Assembly (NCBI GenBank): GCA_051294375.1 | Contig: CM119267.1 | Span: forward strand, 6,251,992 to 6,315,991 | Reading direction: 5' to 3' | Length of the DNA: 64,000 nt | DNA from: Paraspadella gotoi | Lineage: Eukaryota > Animalia > Chaetognatha | Notes under the pieces: generated by a model | Databases searched by the model: none | Told to the model about the DNA's origin: nothing | The model's input: the letters and a program-made list of their open reading frames with translations, nothing else | Shown here: positions 37,904 to 49,994 of the stretch, piece after piece | How the letters are laid out: every line of letters begins with the position of its first letter | Numbering within the stretch: position 1 is the first letter of the stretch | Position numbers and translations under genes: made by a program

Positions 37904-40900
37904 GAAAGGGGAAATTTACATTATGTCATGTACATTGTACAACAATGATAAAGATTTTAAACTGATGAATTATAGTGAATATTTTTAACAATTAATCTAC
38001 TAATAAATAAGTGAAGTTGAAAAGAGAAATATTTGAAATTTGAAAAGATAGATTTTTGAGGGATAGATAAGTGAGAGATAAAGTTGAAAGTTTAAGAATT
38101 AAGATAGAGCTCAAAATTATCTGGCCCCCCTTGGCGTGAGCAAATGAGAGGCACGATCGATGAGGTCATTGGCGTGTCATAGGTTAAGAAGACAGTTGAA
38201 TCGAGCTTGTTAGTGCTGCGTCAAGGAGACTTCCTTGCGGGAAAAGTCCTAGCGCTACTCGAATGTGTCTCTGGCCTGATACGCCTGCCATTTGCCCTCT
38301 TCTCTCCTGCTGACGAGGCGGGCGTTTGTCCGTTCTTGCCGCTTTTGCGACATGAATGGTGGACTCCTCTCCTTCCTCCTGTAGCGATTGAAACAATTTA
38401 AAAAAAGTTTCTTTAATAATTTTCTCGCTTCAATCTCACAGAATCGGGTGATCAAGTGAAATTTTTCGACGTCCAAAACGGCGTTGTCGCGAGCCTCTTG
38501 TCTCCGGGATCAATTCATCGTGTACGCGTGACCCACGTAACTTCGCCTTCACAATTTTGGGTCGTTCCTCTCTCCCTCATGGACGAGGCGGCCGCCATGC
38601 ACGAGCGCCTTACTGCGATTGGTGCTCGATTGGCGCCGACGCGCGCCGCGTCTCGTCTCGCTCGCGTTGCCTGGGAACCGGGCGATTTCGTGCTCTGCCG
38701 TTGCGACGATGATGATGATAAAGTTAAATTTGGGCTTCGTCGTGGACTCGTCATTGGCGTCGACGGCGACAAAATCGTCGTGCGCCTCATTGACTTCGGC
38801 GAATCTCGGTCTGTGATGCGAAACGATGTCCTCCCTCTGCCAACGTGGACGGCAGATTTCGATCGAAGAATGGAGAAGCGTGACGGTAGCCATGACGACG
38901 ACATCCAACATTTCATCCAAGAAACGAAAAAGATCCAGTCCACCAACGCTCTCGCTTACAAGTGCTGCCTGGGTAACTCTCCCTTCTTCGGCAAAGCGGA
39001 CTCCCATCGTGTCGGCGTTTTCGAATCCATCGTCCGCGACGAGATCCTTACCTTGAAGGTGGACCAAGTGGTGGTGCCGGAGATGAAGCCTGGCGTCGAT
39101 CGATCCGCGCTTCCCGACGACTCGCTCCCTCTCTACGTAGTGAGGATGTCTGCCTCTGCCGTCGACGTTGGAAAGCGACTCGAGGAGATCTTGACCTCGG
39201 ATGAGAAGAACCGAAAGTCGGCGTCCGTTGAAACCAATGGCGTGGACGATTTGGAGAGGGCTGACTCGGACGAATCCGTGGAAATTCTGCCCGAGACAAA
39301 CGGAATTGACCACATGTTCTTGAAATGGACCGAAAAAAAAGAAACGCGGCCAAACCCTTCTGAGATTGTTGAGGAAATTCGTCGGGCAAGATCTTTTACT
39401 GCATGGTCGGGATCTTCGGTGCTCGAACCAGTAGATATGCTCGATCCCTACCATCTCTCGGACGTAGTCGACATGGAGCGCAGATTTCTACCTCCCACCG
39501 TTAAAATTCGAGGTAATGAATTTTACGATTTACTTTTTTGCCTGATGAATGTTGATTAAATAAATTTAATTTTAAAAGTTTAAGTTCTACGTTGAATCAA
39601 GAAAATAATATACCATATCACCGCAGTATAAGGAGCGCGACAGTTCAGTGGTAATAATTTTAAACAATATATGTCTACAATGTCTAATTCTCACGATTTC
39701 TCACAGCCGAACGGGCTGGGCCTCCGGAGATACCATTGCCCGATCCTTCGATTTTGAATATAGAGGACGTTCCATTAAATCTTCACCGATTCTTTAAAAT
39801 CCTCGAGGAGAAACGAACCGCCCACGAACGAGTCGACGTGGCGAAAACTTTCCCGCCTTTTCGACCAGAAACAGAGGAGACGCTCGTCGACGCCGTCGTC
39901 GTCGCCGTTCGATCCTTTGACGAAATCTGTCTCCGGGTTGAGGCGATCAACGAAAGGGAAGCCTTGGATCGAACGTTGAGAAAATATTATGGTGATTATT
40001 GTTATATGCTAACATTATTCTGTTAACTAATGCGCTTGAAACAAGATACAAATAAAAGTAAATTAATCTTCTTGAAATAATTTTATATTTAAATTACATT
40101 TTTAGTGTCATCTGAATCATAGATTTTCGAATAATCGCTAGCACAAATTGCTTCCCGCAGTTGTTTTATTTTGACGCGCTTACAAATTAACAAACATGCC
40201 ATCAAATAGTAATACAAAAACTATTTTTCCCCGCAGTGTTAAACCCTTGCAAACCACCGAAAGTGAAGAGTCTCCGCGTTGGAAAGTCATTGGTTCTACG
40301 ACGAGCGCCGTCGACTTTTCGTCGCGGCGTCGTCGTCTCTCACGACGCGAAAAGCGCCGACCTGCGACTCATCGACGACGGCATCCATCACGTCGTCAGC
40401 CTCGAGGGATTTCCCAACGAGGATCTCCGCGAATTGCCAGACGTCTTGGACTTCGTTACGCCAAGATCCGACCCATTTTTGGCGCCGCTTTGTAAGCTTT
40501 TGTTGGCCCCGCCAATGGAGCCCAAACCCCTGGCGTTGCTGCACTTCATGCGGTTGACTTTGGACAAAAAAGTTCAAGTGCAATTCAAGGGCTCGTTGGT
40601 CGAGCCACGTTGTGTCAAGTACTAGTTTTTTTTTTTTTTTGTTTTTTTTTTCGATGTGGGGCGCGTTCTATAGATTATTTACATTATACAACTTTTTCAA
40701 TAGGATTTTCGTGGATAGAGTGGATGTGTTAAAGCTCCTTCACGATGCTGACTCTCTCCTCGGCCCTCTCCCCTCTTCAGTCTTACCTTACCCCAACCGA
40801 GCACAGATCGAACCCGAAGACGTCAACGGTGATTGGGAGTCGCTTCCGCCCGAGCCGGAGTCTCCGTCCGCCCACGACGACGAAGTTTATCTTTCTTTCT

Positions 40901-42233
40901 GCCGTCAGCGCGCTAAAGCTCTTGAGAATGACCCCGTCTTGTCCAAACGACCCAACGTCAAGCGCCTTCACTCTTCGTCCAACGGACTTTTTATTCCGCG
41001 CTCCCTCTCCCTAATAAACGGGTCCTCCTCCCCCGGATCTCCCTCGTCCCATTCCTCCAAGTTTCGACGAGCCTCTCCGGGAAAAGTCCATTTCGGCGCC
41101 GACGCGAAATCTCCCGAGCGGCGCCTCGGCGTCGCGCCCCCGCGATTCATTTCAGCCTCCGTCGAGGTCGACGTCTGGAAACGCTGCTTTGCCACTTACG
41201 TTCAGTCGCCAGCCGAGTTTTACGTTCAGATGGTGGAGGGAGAAAAACGACTGAGCGAATTGGAGAAAGAGATTAAAGAATATTGCGCCGCCAACGACGA
41301 TGACGTCGATCTTAGAGTCTTTGCCTCGGGAACGCCGTGTTTGGCCAAGTTTTGTGGGGACGGTCGCTGGTAAAAAAAATATGGTCTTGGCTCGGTTTGG
41401 CTCTAAATTCGGAGAGAAAATGAAATAAACAATATGAGGTGACTTATTTATTAATTAATTCATTTTCGATCTTAAGGTATCGAGGAGAAGTTATTCAGGT
41501 TTTTAAAAACAGCGGCTACGTTGAAGTTTTTTTCGTGGATTTTGGGAATCGCCAAAGAATGGCGAACAATTCCGACTGCCTCAGAAAAATTGGGAACCCA
41601 CGCTTTCTCGAGCTTCCGACGCAGGCGATACTCTGCAAACTACAAGGTAAAGCTAAAGCATTTAGCCTTTAGCCTTCAGTCTTTAGTAAAAGTGGCATTA
41701 TTTTTTTTCTCTTTTTACGGGCAAGGGAAAACCTTGTAGAACGAAGACCGAATGCGCAATATGCAATATTTTAAGGTTAAATTAGATAAGGCTTATTGCA
41801 TTTACAAATGAAACAGTTTATACTATATTACTAGACTATAATCAGACTTTGTGGGCGGCTTGAAGGAAGGCTTGCTGGGTTCTGCTGTTTTATTCTTGTA
41901 AGAGGGATTGAGGCCTTAACTCCGCATATATCCTGTCTTCAGTCGGGGTCAATTTAATATTGTATTTATTGAATGAATGGACAATTGATTGTACCGATTT
42001 TCTTATCAGGCCTAGAACCTCCCGACGTTGGTTGGTCACGAGAATCTACTTCTGCCCTAGAATCTCTGCTTGACGACGCCGTTTCTGTTTTCATTCGTTT
42101 CTCGGAGCCAGTTCAATCCGGTCGCGATTCCGGCGTGTTCCCTTGCGCTCGTCCGGCGCTCGTTGGCACCAAAGCTGGAGTAGATGATCTCACCGAAATC
42201 ATGAGAACGAAATTTTCTAAATGTCAGACCTAA
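25519..42233 (+). CDS. Large RRM-like + multi-Tudor (about 9 extended Tudor) protein, TDRD-like; modelled as one gene but could be two split at 36.4-38.4 kb
   Basis: Repeated extended-Tudor motifs (C.A.....WYRA.V....V.FVDYG..E...P..A..C.L) near 28.7-31.6, 32.1, 32.9, 33.8, 35.0, 35.6, 38.5, 39.9 and 41.2 kb. RRM-like segments (IMVTGLP, LLVDSVPDDVEVDELRRHF) at 25.9-28.4 kb. Phase-compatible joins 27616->27876, 28960->31464 and 36388->38442. The junction near 28.45 kb is unresolved. An alternative ATG is at 25393. Confidence 0.7.
29108..29396. mobile_element. Non-autonomous hAT-type MITE, 289 bp
   Basis: TIRs caggggcgacgagag / ctctcgccgcccctg (14/15 match) and a perfect 8-bp TSD cgtacaat at 29100-29107 and 29397-29404. 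Pyrimidine-rich core. Confidence 0.9.
29976..31058 (+). CDS. Orphan ~335-360 aa protein nested on the same strand inside Tudor-gene intron 28961-31463
   Basis: Long GC-rich ORF with exon-like composition: about 150 aa globular N-terminus, NLS-like KKAKKKRRGK, then a P/S/T/K-rich region. Possible donor at 30980 and acceptor at 31040. Confidence 0.65.
   Translation: MAEGRSTALTVPGDSTIVVTFHPISIDGVSAWMAFGRRRSQTPLYVIIEGATVEFLKVALLPWIKLGCDILALAPADRIVAALWKWRLRANLRCITVTDRAEWSRGKKINRAGDALVFLLQSQAFTSLNEAQEELKAAVSQRFPVLKKAKKKRRGKTHSNPQGETAPSNPQAETAISTRPMETVLYKSPTKTAPSCCKPPEEKAFSKPPAETLIPNSQTTSVSKYLVSDSTSKNLKIELSAKSSSAIADSRRSRRQRRKGEYDTEDKVVSVDDPPSRTRKVREKGKLLPSTRSYFEVLLEEVEKKGIRSSIQDGVDGLAATAQLSALETESQIPRYIKVCFVQEMKILMFFFKFQLNMTI
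36690..36836. repeat. 44-bp inverted repeat (36690-36733 / 36793-36836, 1 mismatch) enclosing a hammerhead core
   Basis: attagagacagtttgagtttagttttgacaacgatttttattta ... taaataaaaatcgttgtcaaaactaaactgaaactgtctctaat. Confidence 0.9.
36746..36785 (+). ncRNA. Minimal type I hammerhead ribozyme motif (Penelope-type), possibly defective
   Basis: cag-CTGATGA-a-ggctt-gaaatg-aagcc-GAAA-catgt-ctg. Core and stem II are intact. Stem I (cag/ctg) pairs only if the cleavage-site base is missing. Confidence 0.7.
37644..37687 (-). ncRNA. Minimal type I hammerhead ribozyme motif (Penelope-type)
   Basis: Minus strand reads ggcg-CTGATGA-a-ggctt-gtataaaa-gagcc-GAAA-cat-GTA-cgtt: full core, stem II, palindromic ACATGT stem III, GUA triplet and stem I ggcg/cgtt, followed by AATAAA. 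Confidence 0.85.
41844..42000. repeat. Diverged inverted copy of the 11.9-12.3 kb repeat family, in the last Tudor-gene intron
   Basis: The reverse complement shares gac...gacagg...ttaaggcctc.atc.ctcttacaaga...agcag...gcaagc.ttc..tcaag and atttatt.aatgaatgga.aatt...ttgtacc with 11895-12057. Confidence 0.75.
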
Positions 42234-43231
42234 TTTATGCTAATATCAGACCTTATTTATGCTACATCTTCTTTTGATCGCCCGAACAAGTTGTTTTCGG
42301 TTTTTATTTACGTCTTATCGTTTTCTATACAACTATACATCGTTTGTATTATTCCTTTCTTAAAATTAATTACTTAAGTTCCTAGGGTGGTAACCCTATT
42401 TCGTTACTTCCTCGACGTCGTGTCTTGTCCATTTTTTTGACATTGTTGATTTTCTTTTTAGTTTTATCTTCACAAAACTTATTTATTATTAAAATCATTG
42501 TTTTAAATTTTATGCAATTCTTATGTTTTTCCTTGAATTTGATGCCATTTCGGTGAATCGTAGTAAATGGTTTTACTTTTTTAAAGTCTCACTCAGTTTT
42601 ATGTCAGTATTTAAAACATAAACATTAGTTTAGTTTTATTTTAATCACTGAGTTAATAAATCTAGGATAACAAACTGAAAAGGTACTGAAAAAACGAAAA
42701 ATTATTTCCGCTAATTTGTTTTGTGAGGATATATTTATTTTGACAGGGATTGTTGTATCATGTTAGCATTAAAGATTTTTTGTATCTTGATTGTTATGCC
42801 TATTTGTCTTACTCTTAGGTATTCGTTCCTCAATCGGACTTTCCCGTTAGCCTTTTGTTGATTTGTAGGAAGATGGAGTCGTCGCTTCGGCGAGTTGTGG
42901 GCGGATGAACCGAACGACGATTATGCGATCCTCTCGCGAATAAATTATGCTCGCTCGGGGCCTCGTCCATTGATTACGATTTTTGTACGACAACATTGGT
43001 TCGTCAGCATTCCATGATGATGAATTGCGTCGCGGCCAAACTCATTGAACTCATAGACCCTTTTTGAGGGAGATGATTACCGTCGATTCGACGCCGCCCT
43101 CGCTCGGTCGTCTTCCGGTGACGCGGAATCCAACGTAAATCGTTCGATTCTCTCTTCTTAAGTTCCCCCTTCCTCATCAAACTAGTCACTGAAAATCCCC
43201 ACTTCCCCTTCTTGAGTCCCACGACGAAGCC

Positions 43232-46200
43232 ATGGGCAACAAGGACTCTCGCCCGGCCTTCCTGGCCTACGACGACGCCCTCAAGCGGGTGACCGACACC
43301 GAACTACGGCGCCTCAAGGAGGCCTTCAAGCGCTTTTCCACCCTAAACGGGTTCATGACGAAGCCGGTGTTCGTGCGCGAGGTGTTGGGCGACGGGTTCC
43401 CGCCACCGCTGGCCGAACGAATGTATTCTACCTTCGGCGGGACTGCCAAGGGCCTCGTATTTAAAGATCTAGTCTGCGGTTTGGTGCTGCTCACGCGCGG
43501 TCGGCGCGAGGAGAAGATCCGCTTCATGTTCGGCCTTCAAGCCGACGAGAACGCCGCCTTCGTTTCCCGCGCCGACTTGGCGGCGCTGGAGGCGTCCTTG
43601 GCGGCTGCCGAGGAACACGACTGTTCTACGGGTGGCGCCGGTTCGCCCGAACGCGCTGCCTTTCGTCTAGAATCGCTGGATCTGCTCTTCGCGCTGCCGG
43701 ACGGCGCCAGAGAGGGAAACGGCGACGGCGTCTCTGATCGGATCGGGTTCGAGGATTTTCGGGCGTGGCTGACGGCCTGCGATGGGGCCGACGACGCCTG
43801 GTCGGCGTCGCCTCCCGTCATGGCGAACAGCGAGCGCCTTTTCATCTCACGGTGGCTGCTGCACGACCACGCCCACATGACGCTCTCCAACGACGATGTC
43901 ACCCCCACGTTTTACCAGACGCTGGCCGGCGTGACTCACTTGGAGGAGGGCGACATCATCGAGCTGGAGAAGCGCTACTGGATGTTAAAGGCGGGCTCGA
44001 AGAGCGGCCGTTTCGACCTCGCAACTTTCCGTCAATTGGTATCGCCTCCCGTCCCACCCTCGTTGGTCGAGGGCGTTTTCAACGCTTTCGACGAAAACCG
44101 CGACGCCCACATCGACTTCAAGGAGATGGCTTGCGGAATTTCTGCCGCCTGTCGCGGCCCCATTGTGGAGCGTCTCAAGTTCTGCTTCAAGATCTTCGAC
44201 GCTGACCGAGATGGCGTCCTTTCCCCGGCCGAGTTGGAAGCCATGACGACGGCGTTGAGACTCGGAGAATCGGAGGAGGACGACGATTCCATCGTCCCCG
44301 TCAAGTCGGTCATGTCGCTCGACGAGTATCTTGTCTGGACGATGAACGGCGTTCCGGAGAAAAACTGCGTCGCCGAATTTTTGCATTTACTCTTCCAAGT
44401 GTGCCACATCGTGTTGGGACTCAAGCCCGCCACCAAGACGGAGGAGGGAAAAATCATCAAGGGTTGGTTGCAACGCGAGGAGGAGCGGGGTCTTCAAGCC
44501 GGAGATTTGTGGTATCTCGTCTCGAGCGTGTGGTGGCAGTCATGGAAAGATTACGTCTCCTACGGGGATTCTTCCACATCTCCAACTTGTACTGCTTCGT
44601 TTGACTCTGGAGGCGGATCGGCTCCCGGTTCAAAGTCCGGAACGCTGGACAGGTTAGTCGTTTGACGGTAAAATGATTTCCAGTTTTTTCATCGTCGTTA
44701 AATGAAGGGAAGAAAATAAATTTCTAGTTTAATATAAAGAGATCAAAGTTTTTTTTTTTATCTTAATGTTAGAGGGTGATTGTTGTGAGTAAACAAATAT
44801 AAAAAAACTAAATTAATTTTCTGTTAAATTTTTTTGAAGGTTTTTTTTTTTTTCGTTTGTAACATTTCGTGACAGCATATCTATGCAACTGTAAACTCTT
44901 GAGAGTTTAATGATAGTCGGTTTTGAAGGTCTTGGTTTGGCATTTTCTATGTATATTGTATAATATAGCATATTTTCAATAAGTCTTCACACACTATTAG
45001 TTGTGTTTTATTATAGTAAAATAATCACAGAAGTTTTTCTTTGTTAAGAAAAAAAAACTTGACAAAGGAAATACATATCATATAGTATAACAACTGTTTG
45101 ATCACCAAAAATTTATTTATTTCAGGCGACGTCCGACCACCGCACCTGGCGTTATCACCGATTCGTCAGCGGACGCCATAGCAGTAAGCACCCCCAACAC
45201 TCCCAGCAAGAAACTCAATTCGCGAACGAACAATCTGGCCTCCGTCACTCCGACGCCTAACTCTTTGACTCCCACTAATGCAACACCGAGCGCCTCGCCC
45301 TCCGCTTCGCCGCGCCTCGGCAAACGACGATCCTCCATGCCGCCGAAACCGGGACTAATTGACAATTCAAATTTAATTGTCCCCAACAACTTGAAGGCTC
45401 TCATGCTCACTAACGAGGGCGGACGCTTGAAAAGACAAGGCACAATCTTGCGGCATCGAGATTTTGAACTGCTTCCCGATCCAGTTTGGAAGGCTTTGTG
45501 GAGCTGGTACGGAGGCACTCCCGCGTTGCCGCGTCTCGTCATTAAACCCAAAGACGTGGCAGCAACCGAGATCGAGCTCTACCCCATTCAGTTACGCCTT
45601 TTACGCCACCAGGCGCCCGCTGCTGGCGCCGGCGCTCTTGTCGGTCGTGGCGTCTCCAGCGCCAACTCTCCTTACGGCGGATCGTCCAGCGGACCGACGA
45701 TCGGCGTTTGGGGCGCTGCGGCAGGCATGGCCGTTTCTGCGGTTACATCGACGGCCTCGACCGTCTCTTCGTACGCGACGGGCGGCGGCAACCTGACGAC
45801 TCAACCCCCGAAACGAAATCTGGCCTATTTGGCTTCTTTCTCGAGAATGCACACTATCGCCGAGATCCACGAGTTTCTCTCGTCCAGGTTGCGCCTTTCC
45901 CGGGAGGACATACGGCTCTGGCTCTTTGAGAGCGACGCCAGCATGATGCTGATAGAAGAGGAGGATATCACCCTTGAGGATCTGAGGGTTGAAAACGACG
46001 CCCAATTCTTGATCGAAGTTCGCAACAAAGACTTAACGTGGCCCGAAGAGTTGAGTCTATTAACTCGCGGACGGCTGACTGGAACTGGTTCGACCTTGCT
46101 CCACTCTGGACCCTCCGAGCCGGGCGCGTCGGGTCTCAACAACCTCGGAAACACCTGTTTTATGAATTCCGCCGTGCAGTGTGTTTCCAACACCTCAATC

Positions 46201-48705
46201 CTCACCGCTTACTTTGCCTCCAACCTTCACCTCTACGAACTGAACGCCACGAATCCCCTTGGAATGAAGGGCCATTTGGCGCGACGCTACGGCGACCTCA
46301 TGCACGACCTCTGGTCTGGAGCTTCGCGAACGGTGGCGCCGATAAAATTTCGCTGGACAATCGGAAAATACGCGCCGCAATTCGCCGGGTTTCAGCAGCA
46401 CGACGCTCAAGAGTTGTTAGCGTTTCTCCTCGACGGCCTCCACGAAGATCTCAACCGAGTCCAGGTCAAACCTTACGTGGAATTGAAAGACTCCGATGGT
46501 CGGCCCGACTTTGAGGTGGCTCAGGAAGCTTGGGAGAATCATCTTCTGCGCAACCAGAGCATCATCGTCGATTTGTTTCACGGACAACTCAAATCCCGTG
46601 TCCGCTGCAAAACGTGCGGTAGCGTCAGCGTGCGCTTCGACCCTTTCAATGTCCTGTCCCTCCCGCTGCCCATGGACTCTTGCATCCATGTGGAAATAAT
46701 GGTTCTTCGACTGGATGGCTCCGTTCCCATTAAGTATGGACTGCGAATGAACATCGACGATCGATACAAAAATTTAAAAGAATCCCTCTCCAAGTTATGC
46801 GGGTTGTCCCCCAACGAATTGCTCTTGGTCGAGGTTCTGGGCGCAATTTTTCGAAGCATTCCTGAGGAGACGACGAAGGTAAAGTCGCTGTTGGGAGGAA
46901 CGCTGATGGCGTATCAAGTTCCGCCGCCGACGATGATCCCTACCATGAGCGCCGAGGAAGAGCGGGCCGACGAGATGCGCGCAAAGATGCTCAAGCGCTC
47001 CCGAGATTCGCCCGAGTCTGGAGTTTCGTCTCTACCTCCTTCTCAGCCGCCCCCATCGTCCAAAGTCGAGTCGCTGGCCGACATTCAAAGAAGAACGATC
47101 GTCAACGGAGTACCGACGATTAAGAACAATAACTATTTGAGAAACGAGGGAGAATCGAGATGTATGGATTCTAGTCAATATCCCCCCGGCAACCAAGCTG
47201 CTCCTCTCGTTCCCCAAATTTCGAATTGTGATACCGAGTTGAAAGCCCCGCTTGTCGAAACTCAGGGCAACATATCATCGAAGGAGGACGGCGAATCCGG
47301 CGTAGCTGTCGTGTCCCCGATTAGCCCGTCGCTCGACGCCGCCTCATCCTCGACCGCGCCTTCCAGCGTTACTTCCCCCTCCGAGGCGCGTCTCGCCGCC
47401 GAAGAACTCAGCGGCGTCGTTGTCGCCGTGCATCGCAAAATCCTCAGGATGGACGTCTATTTTCTCTCATCGCAGAAGAGTCGACCCTCTCTCTTCGGCA
47501 CGCCTTTGCTGTTGCCTTTCGGCGAGGGCACCACCAATCAGGACCTGTACGCATCCGTTTGGACGCAGATCGCGCGACTAGTCAGTCCCCTTCCGCCTTC
47601 GGAGGCCTCCTCCCCAAACCACGCGCAAGACTGCGACGACAGCCTCGGTTACGAGTATCCCTTCGTTCTCAAGCGGGTGCGCAAAGACGGCTACACCTGC
47701 GCCACATGTCCTTGGTTCCATTTTTGCCGCGGGTGCCGGTTAGAGTGCGATTCGAAGCCCTTCCGTCCCGGTGCATCGGCCCTTTATGTCGCCGTTGACT
47801 GGGACCCCACTGCGCTTCACTTGCGCTACCAGGCTTCTCAGGAACGCGCCCACGTCGAGGATGAGAGCGTCGCCACTTCCCGGCACCTGGTCACGTCTCC
47901 AATCGACCTTGATGCCTGCCTGCAGGCCTTCACAAAGGAGGAGGAGCTTGGCGAGGACGAGCAGGTCTATTGCAAAAACTGCAAGTCCCTGCAATGCGTC
48001 TCCAAGAAGCTAGACATTTGGGAGCTTCCGCCCATCCTCATTATTCATTTGAAAAGGTTCCAATACGTCAACACACGATGGGTTAAATCGTCTAAGATCG
48101 TCAAGTTTCCCATGACCGACTTTGAGCCTTCCAAATACCTCGCCCCGCGTGATCCAATCTCCGCCGAAATGGAGGAACGTGAAGCAGAAGTCGAATTTGC
48201 CGTTGATGTCGTGGCCCAAAACCGAGAAGAAGCCGTCCCGAAGGAATCCTCGGCGATATCCGGCAACCACGAATCTGGAGTCAACTCCCTCGCCGAATTC
48301 GCGGCGCCGCGACCCACCTCGTCTCCAACCGCGACGCCGGCTTCCGGAAAAAGGTCCTCCAGTTACTCGAAAATCAAGGACCGCAAATCCCCGTACAACC
48401 TCTACGGTATATCGTGCCACAACGGCATTCTCGGCGGCGGCCATTACGTATCCTACGCGAAGAATAGCCGAAGCAAAAAGTGGTACTGTTACAACGACTC
48501 CAGCTGCCGGGAAGTCAACGTCATTAATATGGACTTCGATTCGGCTTACCTGCTCTTTTACGAAAGACAAAACTTGGAAACTTCCAGATATTTGCCCCAC
48601 ATTCCGGCGAGTCGCCGACCGCAGTTGATCGAGAACGATGCTTTCGGTAAAGACGCCGATAGGGACTTTGACTCCGAGTATGGAAAGGCTTGCGTTATTC
48701 AATGA
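43232..48705 (+). CDS. USP32: Ubiquitin carboxyl-terminal hydrolase 32, exons 43232-44652 and 45126-48705
   Basis: MG start, EF-hands ([23 protein letters not shown]), DUSP domain, Cys box [20 protein letters not shown], His box GGHYVSY, and C-terminal CAAX motif CVIQ. Confidence 0.95.
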
Positions 48706-49994
48706 CTCGGGATTTTTACATTTGCTTTAAATTAATGGGATTACTTTTTGTTCACAAAAAGCAGAACAATTTTTTTAAGTTCTCATTAGAAAGAAAAATG
48801 CCTGGAAACCAGCGCTGAGACCACAAGGATTTAAAATAAAACTGTTCTACCTTTAATGGATTTAATTCTTTTTTAACAGGGACAGTTTATTTTCATTGAC
48901 ATTTTCAATAAATGTGCTGTTCATGTAGTCAATTGAATAGTTCATTATATATTTAATTAGTACTAATGCATTTCGTTGTGGTTATATTTCATATGAAAAT
49001 TTTGTTTAAGAAAAGTTTAACAATAAGGATGGTTCGGTTGCTAGACATCTTGTCTTTTTTTTTAGATATCATCGTGATGTATGATTTTGGGCTAATTTGT
49101 GGCAAGGTTTTTTTTTCTATTTATTTTCATAGCAGGATCAAGTCGAATTAACAAGCAGCTGTTTTTTTTAACATCTGGATGTTTCAAACATGAATTATTC
49201 TATGCAAAAGTTGTGACGTGCGTCTAATTTTTAATATTTTTCGTAACGTTTTACAATTATTGTATGAAATTGGTACAACAATATATGTTTTTTAATCTGA
49301 TGAATTTAGATGTAGACGCTAGAATTGTTTTGTTATATAATTCCCAACCAAGTCTTTGTAATCACGCCTTTCCATTTTTGCTCAGATCAAATGATGGATT
49401 AAGATTATTGAATATTGTTTATGATCTCGGCCGGTTCGTTTTTTTTTTCACACCGAAAATTATTTTTTACGATTTAACGTGGGGGGAAGGGTAGGTTGGT
49501 GGGTGATCGGTAGGGAATCCTTAATCACCAGTCAGAGAATGTCCGTCTTCTTTTTTTATAATTGGTATTCGACTATTCGTTGTTAATTGTATTTATGATT
49601 CGTGGTTTTTATCTCGCCAGACGGGCGAATGCCCGACTTGGGCGAGATGTTAATTCGTTTCTGCTTCTTTTGACCGTAGTCGTTGTCACGCTGTTTTAAC
49701 ATTAAAAATAGCTCAAGTGTGTAACCATAGGAAGCTGAAAATTTAGTTATAGCTTTTAATCAGCAAGATCTTTTAGATTCACACCTCTCAATTCCTACAC
49801 TTATTTGTTTGTTATATTTTCAAAATAAACAGTTCAGCTCTATTTCTTTTATATGTCGATCTCTCTCTTTTTTTCCCTCGCAGCTTCTTCTGATTTCTTC
49901 TGAAACGAGTTCGCTCTGCAGCGGCTGTCCAGCTTCTCTATCTCTCTTTCTCTCTATCTCACTCATACACGCATTTATTTATAATTCATCGCGT

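Noticed and set aside
38549-39454. 301-aa minus-strand ORF, and similar ones at 17035-17592, 48010-48702, 54583-55059 and 63263-63841
   Set aside because: Antisense shadows of GC-rich + strand exons (GAC/GTC/CGA bias suppresses stops), with no recognisable motifs.
41915-41950. taactccgc resembling the start of a twister ribozyme (also gtcccaag at ~50443)
   Set aside because: The remaining twister segments are absent at both sites.
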